Positions 1-7,606 of a stretch of 16,159 nucleotides of DNA are shown here, one piece after another (within the stretch, counting starts at the first letter, position 1; the number at the start of each line of letters is the position of its first letter). Origin of the DNA: Archangium sp. GTDB lineage: Bacteria > Myxococcota > Myxococcia > Myxococcales > Myxococcaceae. The translations under genes and the position numbers were made by a program. The notes beneath the pieces are model-generated. The model was not told the DNA's origin. It ran no database searches and saw nothing but the letters and a program-made list of their open reading frames with translations. The stretch is from positions 1 to 16,159 of the forward strand of contig JANLPS010000532.1 of the NCBI GenBank assembly GCA_031367385.1, read 5' to 3'.

Positions 1-1191
1 GCCGCGCGCATCATGGACGTGGGCGAGCGCATCGAAACCCTGCTGGCCACCCCCGTTCGTGAAGTGAAGGTTCAAGTCTCGATCGAGCTCGATAACGGCG
101 AAATTCGCACCTTTGAAGGGTATCGGGTGCAACACGACAACTCCCGCGGCCCGATGAAGGGCGGCCTGCGGTACCACCCCGACGTCAACAACAACGAGAT
201 TCTGGGCCTGGCCGCGCTGATGACGTGGAAGACGGCCGTCGTCAATCTGCCCTTCGGCGGCGCCAAGGGTGGCATTCGCGTCGACCCGACCACGCTCTCG
301 GTCAAAGAGCTCGAGCGGCTGACCCGCAAGTTCGTAGACCAAATTCACGACCTCATCGGCCCGACCCGCGACATCCCCGGGCCTGACATGAGCACCAACC
401 CCCAGGTCATGGCCTGGGTGATGGACCAATACTCGCGCTACCACGGGCATTCGCCGGCGGTGGTGACCGGCAAGCCTCTCGAGCTGTACGGCAGCCGGGG
501 CCGTGAGACCGCGACCGCTCGAGGGTTGCTCTACATCTGCCGCGAAATTCTGCGCGACGCCCAGCTGCCGATGAAGGGCACCCGCTTCGCCATTCAGGGT
601 TTCGGCAACGTGGGCAGCCACACCGCCCGCCTCTTTCACGAAGACGGAGGCCTCATCGTCGCGGTCTGCGACGTTCACGGCGGCGTCTCGAACCCCCGGG
701 GTCTCGACATCCCCGCGCTGTTCGAGCACGTGAAGAAGACCGGCACGGTCAAAGGTTTCGGTGGGGGCAACGCCTGCAGCAATGAAGACGTGCTCGCCGC
801 CGATTGCGACGTGCTGGTGCCCGCCTCGGTCGGAGGCACGCTCGACCGTCGCGCCGCCGCCGCCGTGCGCGCCCGCATCGTGCTCGAGGGCGCCAATGGC
901 CCGTCGACCCCAGAGGCCGACGAAGTGTTCGAGAAGCGCGACGTGCTGGTGGTGCCCGACATTCTCGCCAACGCGGGCGGCGTGACGGTGAGCTACTTCG
1001 AGTGGGTGCAAAACCTTCAGCACGTGAGCTGGGAAGAAGAGCGCGTCAACAGCGAGCTGCAGCGGGTGATGAAAGAGGCTTACGAAAAGGTCGGTCAGAT
1101 CAGCCGGTCTCGCAGGCTGCCGATGCGCACCAGCGCGTACGTGTTGGCGATTGGCCGGGTCGGCAAGGCCACCGTGCTGCGCGGCATTTAA
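1..1191 (+). CDS. gdhA: Glu/Leu/Phe/Val dehydrogenase, most likely NAD(P)-dependent glutamate dehydrogenase; probably 5'-truncated by the window edge
   Basis: Motifs GPMKGGLRYHP, MTWKTA, GGAKGG (catalytic Lys), DIPGPD, Rossmann QGFGNVG, EGANGP and NAGGVTVSYFEWVQN. Frame 1 is open from base 1 (AARI-MDV), so the true start probably lies upstream. Stop TAA at 1189-1191. Confidence 0.93.
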   Translation, partial: AARIMDVGERIETLLATPVREVKVQVSIELDNGEIRTFEGYRVQHDNSRGPMKGGLRYHPDVNNNEILGLAALMTWKTAVVNLPFGGAKGGIRVDPTTLSVKELERLTRKFVDQIHDLIGPTRDIPGPDMSTNPQVMAWVMDQYSRYHGHSPAVVTGKPLELYGSRGRETATARGLLYICREILRDAQLPMKGTRFAIQGFGNVGSHTARLFHEDGGLIVAVCDVHGGVSNPRGLDIPALFEHVKKTGTVKGFGGGNACSNEDVLAADCDVLVPASVGGTLDRRAAAAVRARIVLEGANGPSTPEADEVFEKRDVLVVPDILANAGGVTVSYFEWVQNLQHVSWEEERVNSELQRVMKEAYEKVGQISRSRRLPMRTSAYVLAIGRVGKATVLRGI

Positions 1192-1222
1192 CTTTTCTTC
1201 TTTCGAAACGAATCGAGACCCC

Positions 1223-1726
1223 ATGGCCATCGCCGCCTCGCTGCTCAAGAAGCTGGTGCAGATACCCATTTTTCAGGGGCTCACCGTGCCCGAAGCCGCT
1301 GAATTTTTCGAAGTGTCGACCGAGTCGGTCGCCGCCAAGGGCGCGCAGCTCTTCGCCGAGGGCGACGCGGGCGACGCGCTGTTGGTCATTCTCGAGGGCG
1401 ACGTGCTCATCACCAAGCGCGGCATCGAGCTTGCGACCCTGGGTCAACACTCAGTGCTCGGCGAGATGAGCCTTGTGGGGTCGGGTGACACCCGCTCGGC
1501 GACCGCGACGACGCAGAGTCAGACCCGCTACCTCACGGTGCCGACCAAGCGGGTGCAGAAGCTGCTCAAGGGCAACAGCCTGGCGGCGCTCAAGGTGTTC
1601 GCCAACCTGGCCCAGGTGCTGAGCCGGCGGCTCGCGTTGATCAACGACAAGTTCGTCGACAGCAAGGGCAAGAAACGCGAAGAGCTCGCCGACTTCGGCA
1701 AAATCCTCAACCGCTGGGCGTTTTAA
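1223..1726 (+). CDS. Stand-alone cyclic nucleotide-binding (cNMP/CAP_ED) domain protein, 167 aa, no HTH
   Basis: IPIFQGL, LFAEGDAGDALLVILEGDVLI and phosphate-binding cassette LGEMSLVGSGDTRSATA. ATG at 1223 chosen because the upstream extension of the track ORF overlaps gdhA. Confidence 0.9.
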   Translation: MAIAASLLKKLVQIPIFQGLTVPEAAEFFEVSTESVAAKGAQLFAEGDAGDALLVILEGDVLITKRGIELATLGQHSVLGEMSLVGSGDTRSATATTQSQTRYLTVPTKRVQKLLKGNSLAALKVFANLAQVLSRRLALINDKFVDSKGKKREELADFGKILNRWAF

Positions 1727-1777
1727 ACAAGAGAAAAATCGCCCAAACGCAGAATTTCCCCAACGGCGTCGAACAGT

Positions 1778-1783
1778 TATGCT
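1778..1783 (+). promoter_or_regulatory. Possible sigma70-type -10 element (TATGCT) 12 nt before the ATG at 1796
   Basis: TAnnnT hexamer in an AT-richer intergenic gap. No Shine-Dalgarno before the ATG and no good -35. Confidence 0.35.
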
Positions 1784-1795
1784 GCGCCCGGCCCT

Positions 1796-4700
1796 ATGTC
1801 CGATACCCAGGCGGCGATGCGGGAGTTTCGCTTTCTCGATGAAACGAGAAAGTCGAACGGCCTGACGCCGGCAGAAGAACAGCGATGGTACGAGCTCGCC
1901 CAGAGTCTTGGGGTCGACGTGGGCCAGCCACAGCCTCAGGGCTACTACGCCGATGATGGCAACTGGTACCCGTACCCCGAGGGGTATGACCCGGCGACCG
2001 GGCAATATGCGGCGCAGGTGCCGGCGTACCCTCCGCAATATCCTCCGCAGCCACAGGGCTGGTACCCGCCTCCGCAGCAACCGCAGGGGTACTACGGGCA
2101 AGACGGCAATTGGTACCCGTACCCTCCGGGGTACGACCCGGCCACTGGGCAGTATTACCCGGGCTATGGCCCGCCCCAGCCGAGCTACCCGCCGCAGCCT
2201 TCGTGGCCGCCCGCACCGAGCGCGCAGGGCTGGCCGCAACCGAGCCAGCCGCAGCCTCAGTACGATCACACCACTGGTCAGTGGGGTTACCCCGCGTACC
2301 CAGCGCCGCCTCCGGTCGAGTACCCGCCCGCGCAAGACTGGCAGCAGCCCGAAGCGCAGCCCGAGCCCGCGGCTCACACGGCGCTCCCGCTCGAGACCCA
2401 GCCGGGCGTCGAGATGCCTGAGTACGATGCCGAGCCTGTGACGGCGTCGGCTCCGCTGCCCGCCATCGCCGAAGCGCCGTCGACGAGCGAGGCCCCGGTG
2501 GGTGATGACAGCCCGCTCGAGGTCTCGTCAGACGAAGTGATGGAGGTCAGCGACGACGAGCTCTCGCCCGTCGCGTCGGCTCCAGGCCCGGGCAGCGCGT
2601 CGACTTCGAGTGAAGACCCGGTCAATTCGCTGCGCGACGCGTTGGCCTTCGATGACCCCAGTGAAATCACCGCCAACGGAGCCGTGAGCGCCTCGCTGGC
2701 CGACGTCATCAGCGCCGCCCGTGCCGAGGCCCCGCCGGTCGATGAGGCCCCCCCCGTGGATGAGGCCCCCGCGCCCCACGACCCGCCGCCAGCCGCGCTC
2801 GAGGCTGAAGCAGTCGCGCCCCCGCCGATGGCTGAGCCTGCGCCATCGCTCCTCTCGGGCGTGCCCGAGGTGCCCGCAGACTTCGGCTCGCTCGAAGACG
2901 CGGCGCCGCTGCGCCAAGACCCGGTCTCTTTGCCCGCGCTCGCTGCAACGGCCTCGAATGACCCCGCGCCGGCGAATGACCCGGAGCTCTCGCAGACTGT
3001 GCTGCCCGACGTGGGCCTGGGGGCGGCTGCGCAGTTCACTTCTGCTGCGCTCCCGAGTGCGAAGCCCTTCGACGATTCACTCGATGACGCGCCGACTCGG
3101 GTCTACCCGGCGACTGCGCGAAAGGCCGAGGCCGAGCGCGCGTCGGCCAGTGCCGCGACCCCGCCCGAATTTGCCGCACTCAGCGCGACGCCCTTCGAGA
3201 TGCCGTTCGAGACCAGCGAGGCCGAGAGCCCGACCTCGCTCACGCCGATGGGGCTCGAGACCGAGCCCCCGCCGACCTCACCGCGGCTCTTCCTCGAGCT
3301 GCCTGTCGCTGAGCTGGCCGAGCCCGCGGCGGCGTTTGGCGCGTTGGGTGACAGCGCCGACGACGCACCCCCGACGACCATCGAGCATTCACTCGCGGTG
3401 CCGGCCTTCAGCGACCTCCCCGCGTTGACGCCCCAGCCGCTCGCGGGGCCCGCAGAGCCCACGCCGGCCGAGGCGTACAACGAGCTGCCCGCGCTGACCC
3501 CGCCGGCGACGCCCATCAAGCCGATGTCGGCGCTCGACGCGCTGGCCATCGGGCCCGAGGTGCCCATCGGCGAGCCCGAGCTGCCGCTGGTCGAAGCGTT
3601 GTCGGTCGAAGCCGACCCGATGGCCGTGCCTGAAGAGCCGAGCGAGGAGCCGACGCCAGCGACCGTGATACCGCTGGCCGAGCCCCTCGCACCCAGCCGC
3701 GGGAGCGGCATCAAGTCGTCACCCTCGGGCTTCAAAGATTGGTCGAGCGTGCCGATCGTCGAGTCGCCCGCCATGCAAGTGGTCGAGGCGCAGGCCGCCC
3801 AGCTCGACGACGCGCCGATACCTGAAGAGGCGCCGATCGAGCTTGGCGGTGACAGCAGTGACCGGCTGCCCGTGGCGTCGGCCTCTGACTTCGTCTCGTA
3901 CGCCAGTCAGACCGATCAGCTCGACGTCAGCTTCGAAGAAACCGGCGACTTCTTGGTCGATTCGTCGACCCTCGCCTCGTTGGCCACTGGCCTCACCGAC
4001 GCACCGGCCGCGCCGATGGCCGAAGAAAAGCTCGAGCTCGCCAGCGCCGCTGATTTCATCGACCACGCGTCGCTGACCAGCACCGGCGAGAAGTGGTCGA
4101 ACGAGCGCGCAGTCTCGCTCGAGAGCGACCGAAGTGAGCCGGTGGAGCAAGAACGCCCGGCTCCGCTCGAAGAAGAGGGCGACGACATCGTGCAGGGCAT
4201 CGTGCTCGAAGACGACGCGCCGATACCGGTGCCAGAGCTCTCGCCCCCGCCCCCGCCGCCGGCGTCTGCGCCAAAGCACAGCGAGCTTGCGTGGGAGAGC
4301 ACCCGCCCCTCACCTCCGCCGATGCCGTTCGCGAAGGTCTCGCCCTCGAGCATTCAGGCCTTTCCCCCGCCGCCGGCCCCGGTGGCGCCGCCGCCTTCGC
4401 CGCCGCAGCCCGCCACGCTGGTGATGCCTGCCTCGGCGTTTGCGCCCCCCTCGCCTCCGCCGCCCCCGCTGGTGACCAAGGTCGCCACGCCGATCAGCTC
4501 ACGGCCGAGCCCGGTGCCGGTGCCGGTGCCAGCCCCGGTTGCCGACCCGTTCGACCGCTCTGGGCTGAGCTTGGGAGGCGCCGAGCCGGTTCAGATTCTG
4601 GTGCCCGGCGAGCACCGCGTCATTTTGCACACCGTCGAAGGCCAGGTGAAGCGCGGGTCGATTCGCGACGCCAACCTGGGCGCCGACATTCTCGTGCTCG

Positions 4701-4957
4701 AGGGCGCGGCGCTCGAGAACCTGCCGCGGGCTCGGGTGAAGGCCATCTTCTTCATGTTGGCCCCTGGCGCGCGGGCGCCCATCACCGAGGGCGAGAAGGT
4801 GCGGGTGACCTTCAAAGATGGGCGCCAGGTGGCAGGGTTCTCGAAAGACCAGAAAGACGCGACGCTGGGCTTCTTCGTGGTGCCCGCTGACAACCGCACC
4901 AACACCGAGCGCATCTTCATTTACCGGCACGCCGTGCAGGCCGTGCTGGTCGAATAG
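1796..4957 (+). CDS. 1053-aa protein: short helical N-terminus, Tyr/Pro/Gln/Gly repeat region, long acidic Pro/Ala-rich disordered linker, C-terminal tandem beta domain (DUF6982-like, Sm/Hfq-like)
   Basis: Long ORF with strong GC3 bias. The C-terminal ~115 aa (HRVILHTVEGQVKRG..RVKAIFF..KVRVTFKDGRQVAGF..GFFVVPAD..NTERIFIYRHAV) match my recollection of the deltaproteobacterial DUF6982 family. Confidence 0.85.
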   Translation: MSDTQAAMREFRFLDETRKSNGLTPAEEQRWYELAQSLGVDVGQPQPQGYYADDGNWYPYPEGYDPATGQYAAQVPAYPPQYPPQPQGWYPPPQQPQGYYGQDGNWYPYPPGYDPATGQYYPGYGPPQPSYPPQPSWPPAPSAQGWPQPSQPQPQYDHTTGQWGYPAYPAPPPVEYPPAQDWQQPEAQPEPAAHTALPLETQPGVEMPEYDAEPVTASAPLPAIAEAPSTSEAPVGDDSPLEVSSDEVMEVSDDELSPVASAPGPGSASTSSEDPVNSLRDALAFDDPSEITANGAVSASLADVISAARAEAPPVDEAPPVDEAPAPHDPPPAALEAEAVAPPPMAEPAPSLLSGVPEVPADFGSLEDAAPLRQDPVSLPALAATASNDPAPANDPELSQTVLPDVGLGAAAQFTSAALPSAKPFDDSLDDAPTRVYPATARKAEAERASASAATPPEFAALSATPFEMPFETSEAESPTSLTPMGLETEPPPTSPRLFLELPVAELAEPAAAFGALGDSADDAPPTTIEHSLAVPAFSDLPALTPQPLAGPAEPTPAEAYNELPALTPPATPIKPMSALDALAIGPEVPIGEPELPLVEALSVEADPMAVPEEPSEEPTPATVIPLAEPLAPSRGSGIKSSPSGFKDWSSVPIVESPAMQVVEAQAAQLDDAPIPEEAPIELGGDSSDRLPVASASDFVSYASQTDQLDVSFEETGDFLVDSSTLASLATGLTDAPAAPMAEEKLELASAADFIDHASLTSTGEKWSNERAVSLESDRSEPVEQERPAPLEEEGDDIVQGIVLEDDAPIPVPELSPPPPPPASAPKHSELAWESTRPSPPPMPFAKVSPSSIQAFPPPPAPVAPPPSPPQPATLVMPASAFAPPSPPPPPLVTKVATPISSRPSPVPVPVPAPVADPFDRSGLSLGGAEPVQILVPGEHRVILHTVEGQVKRGSIRDANLGADILVLEGAALENLPRARVKAIFFMLAPGARAPITEGEKVRVTFKDGRQVAGFSKDQKDATLGFFVVPADNRTNTERIFIYRHAVQAVLVE
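1931..2155 (+). repeat. Intragenic 78-bp (26-aa) duplication
   Basis: QPQGYYADDGNWYPYPEGYDPATGQY (1931-2008) versus QPQGYYGQDGNWYPYPPGYDPATGQY (2078-2155), 23/26 aa identical. Confidence 0.95.
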
Positions 4958-4981
4958 CGGCGTCACCGTCATTGCAGCCCA

Positions 4982-5031
4982 GGTGAAACCACCGCCTCGG
5001 GTTGACAAGGGTTCACCAAATCGCACACGGT
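4982..5031 (+). promoter_or_regulatory. Candidate sigma70 promoter for the PilZ gene, with an inverted repeat around the -35
   Basis: Perfect TTGACA at 5002-5007 and a weak -10 CACGGT at 5026-5031 (18-nt spacer). GGTGAAACC (4982-4990) and GGGTTCACC (5009-5017) form an 8/9 inverted repeat. Confidence 0.4.
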
Positions 5032-5078
5032 GCGCGCGCCGTCGAATGTCAGAGAGTGGCCAGGCCGGAGTGCTCCAC

Positions 5079-5420
5079 ATGGTTCAAGACAAGCGCGTGT
5101 GCCCGAGAATCGCCGTCACGTTGACGGCGCATTGCCGCATCGGTACCCGCTATGTGCGCGACTTCATCGTCGACCTCTCGACCAGTGGCTTGTACTTGAA
5201 GACGCGCGAGCCGGCGCGCGAGGGCACTCCGATTCGGGTCGCGGTCGCGTTGCCCTTCAATGACGGCGAGGCCAAGTTCTGCACTCTGGTGGGGTCGATC
5301 GCTCGGGTCGACCGAGACAACCGAGGCATCTTGCGCGGGCTGGGCGTGTCGTTCAGCGACGAGGAGATTGCCCCGAACGACCGTGAAGCGATCAGCGCGT
5401 TTCTGCAGCAAGCGGCGTAA
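5079..5420 (+). CDS. Single-domain PilZ protein (putative c-di-GMP receptor), 113 aa
   Basis: RxxxR (RVCPR) and DxSxxG (DLSTSG) motifs, C-terminal RGLGVSF. GGAG RBS at 5067-5070 before ATG 5079. Confidence 0.9.
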   Translation: MVQDKRVCPRIAVTLTAHCRIGTRYVRDFIVDLSTSGLYLKTREPAREGTPIRVAVALPFNDGEAKFCTLVGSIARVDRDNRGILRGLGVSFSDEEIAPNDREAISAFLQQAA

Positions 5421-5436
5421 AAGCCTCGCGAAGCGC

Positions 5437-6159
5437 TCAGTGCAGAAATCGGTCTGAGTCGTTCGGCATGTTGCGCTTGTCGCCCGAGATGACCTTCAGG
5501 TGCGAGCTGCGCCGGTTCAATTGCCGTGAGAGCTGCCAGCTGCGCAGGCGAAGCCAGGCGTTGGCCGGAGTGATGCCGTAAAACCAGGCGAAGGTGAACG
5601 CGAGCGCGATGAGGCTCGGCAGCGCGACGACCCAGGCCCCGACCAACAACGGGTAGCACGCGAAGGCCACGCCGATCGCCGAGAAGGCGTAGCCGCTCAC
5701 CGGCAGCCCCCAGAAGTTCAGCTTGCCTGGCCCGACCAACAACCCCTGGGTGACCCACATGCAGTTGATCACCACCCAGCCGCCGTCGAACGACGACACC
5801 GCGACGTGGGCGCTGACCAGGCTCACCAGCAGAATCACGCCAGCGGTGACCAGGCCGTTGCCGATGAAGACCGAAAAGAAGCGGCGCCGGCCGAGCCGGT
5901 CTTCGAGAAAGGCACCGCTCTGCACCGCGATGATGCACCCGAAGATGAGCGACAGCGGTGAGTGCGGCAGCGCCAGCACCCAACTGGCGACGAGCCACAG
6001 CTTGTATTCGCGAAGCACCAGGTGGGGGCTGAGCAGCACGTTCTGGGCGATGGTCGATGACGCGATGGTCGCCAGGCTCACCACCAGCATCGCGAGCGCC
6101 AGCTGACTGCCCGCGCGTTGCGGCGAGAGCCAGCTGCGCACTTCATTTCGAAAGCTCAT
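5437..6159 (-). CDS. Rhomboid-superfamily multi-pass membrane protein, probably catalytically inactive (DUF1751/derlin-like)
   Basis: About 6 hydrophobic segments and rhomboid-like L1/TM2 features (LSPHLVLREYKLW.., GAFLEDRLGRRRF). DGGW sits where GxSG is expected. ATG 6159 overlaps the upstream stop (ATGA); 6177 is an alternative start. Confidence 0.75.
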   Translation of the reverse strand: MSFRNEVRSWLSPQRAGSQLALAMLVVSLATIASSTIAQNVLLSPHLVLREYKLWLVASWVLALPHSPLSLIFGCIIAVQSGAFLEDRLGRRRFFSVFIGNGLVTAGVILLVSLVSAHVAVSSFDGGWVVINCMWVTQGLLVGPGKLNFWGLPVSGYAFSAIGVAFACYPLLVGAWVVALPSLIALAFTFAWFYGITPANAWLRLRSWQLSRQLNRRSSHLKVISGDKRNMPNDSDRFLH

Positions 6160-6965
6160 TCTTCGTACCCCGACCATTTTCGAACAGGCCGGTTCGGCCC
6201 CTTCGGCCCCCGGCGCAAGCTGCGAAAGAACACCAGAAGCGCCACCAACGCCACCGCCGACCCCACCACATTCAGCCAGGGAAAGGTGGTCGCCGAGGCC
6301 AGCGGCGTGGCGAGGTGCTCTGGGGTCAGCAGCGTGCGCACGTACTCGACTGGCACCGCGAAGGTCATCGCGCCCGAGCTGCCCATGCCGGCGCGAACGA
6401 CGCCGAGCACCCGGCCGGTCTCGTCGACCACCGGGCTCCCGCTGCCCCCGGCGCCGCTGAGCATGTTGAGCTGGAGCACCGCGTGCTTGCTGGGCTCATC
6501 GAGCTGGAGGTCTTTGGGCAGGCCGTCGGGCCGGTACGCCGCGACGATGCCCTGGGTGAAGCTGAAGTCGAAGCCTAAGGGGTTGCCGACGCCGTACACC
6601 GTCGAGCCAGCGACCGGTACCGCGAGGTCGCTCAAGCTGAGCGGCACCAGGTCGGCCGCTGAGATTTTCAACACCGCCAGGTCGTGATCTGGGTCGTCGT
6701 ACACCACGCCTTCGACCGGCACCGCGTGGCCGTCGGCGAAAACGGCCTCCATCTGATGCGAGAGCTCGGCGACGTGGGAGTTGGTGACCAGCATGCCGTC
6801 AGCGCGCACCACCCAGCCGGTGCCATGCGCGACCCGTTCACCGGTGAGCGTGGTTTGCCGCAGAATGACGACCGAGTGCTTGACCCGAGCGAACAGGGTT
6901 TGCCGCTCCGAGTCATCGAGCGCTCCCAGCGTCAACACGACAAGCAGTGGGAGGCCTGGGTGCAC
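6156..6965 (-). CDS. Trypsin-like S1C serine protease with N-terminal signal and C-terminal membrane anchor, no PDZ
   Basis: GTGWVV, TNSHVA (His), DLAVLK (Asp), VGNPLG, GGSGSPV (Ser). C-terminal TM VVGSAVALVALLVFF followed by RSLRR. GTG start. Confidence 0.9.
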   Translation of the reverse strand: MHPGLPLLVVLTLGALDDSERQTLFARVKHSVVILRQTTLTGERVAHGTGWVVRADGMLVTNSHVAELSHQMEAVFADGHAVPVEGVVYDDPDHDLAVLKISAADLVPLSLSDLAVPVAGSTVYGVGNPLGFDFSFTQGIVAAYRPDGLPKDLQLDEPSKHAVLQLNMLSGAGGSGSPVVDETGRVLGVVRAGMGSSGAMTFAVPVEYVRTLLTPEHLATPLASATTFPWLNVVGSAVALVALLVFFRSLRRGPKGPNRPVRKWSGYEE

Positions 6966-6971
6966 TGGGGG

Positions 6972-7187
6972 TTAGACCGCCGGGGCGGGCTTGCTCTTGT
7001 AGAAGAGCGTCACGGTGAGGCAGTGAAATTCTTTGTCTGAGCTCTGCGTCACGACTTTGTCGACGATCTCGATGCCGCCGTTGTCTTTGAGCCAGCGGGT
7101 GATGTTCTCACCCATCTGCTCGCGGTCTCGAGCCAACGTCGTCGAAAAGACCTTGATGGCGTTGAATGAAAGTTCAGTTGCAGCCAT
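6972..7187 (-). CDS. Small conserved myxobacterial-type protein, 71 aa
   Basis: GAGG RBS and typical codon usage. The pattern KVFSTTLARDRE.MGE.IT.WL..VVTQSSDKEFHCLT.TLFY is one I recognise from myxobacterial hypothetical proteins. Confidence 0.85.
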   Translation of the reverse strand: MAATELSFNAIKVFSTTLARDREQMGENITRWLKDNGGIEIVDKVVTQSSDKEFHCLTVTLFYKSKPAPAV

Positions 7188-7372
7188 GAAAACAACCTCG
7201 TCACTTTTCTCTTGATGGCCAGCGCTTCGGCGCGCGGCCGTGGTTTCGCTCGAGCCCTGCCCCGAGCCGCTCCCGTACCCGTCAGGTGACCAATTGTTTG
7301 CGCTCGCCCAAATTCCCCCCGCCGCGGGCTCAGTACCACCAGTTCAGCGACCGGTCGTGAGCCCGAACTGCT

Positions 7373-7606
7373 TCAGCGCAGCTGTGGAGGCCGATTGACC
7401 ATCGCGCGGTTGTGCTCGCACACGCTGGCCTCTTTGCAGACCGGCCCGATGCCATCGGGGTGCGCGACGAAGGGCGCCTTCTCATTTTCTTCAGTGCCGC
7501 ACAGCGCACACTTTCGCTTGCGATTCTTGGCTTCGAGACGGCGCTGCTCCGCCAGCTGTTTGGCCCGTTCACGCAAAGCTTTTGCATCCAACACGTCGTT
7601 GCTCAC
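7373..7606 (-). CDS. Small basic protein with putative Zn-binding site (CxxC...Cx5C), 77 aa
   Basis: GTG at 7606 overlaps the thiolase stop (GTGA), with GGAGG just upstream. Basic helix followed by CALCG..VCKEASVC. Confidence 0.75.
   Translation of the reverse strand: MSNDVLDAKALRERAKQLAEQRRLEAKNRKRKCALCGTEENEKAPFVAHPDGIGPVCKEASVCEHNRAMVNRPPQLR

Noticed and set aside
1796..4957. Assigning a named Myxococcus motility/development gene symbol to the 1053-aa protein
   Set aside because: I cannot match it confidently to any named protein from the sequence alone.
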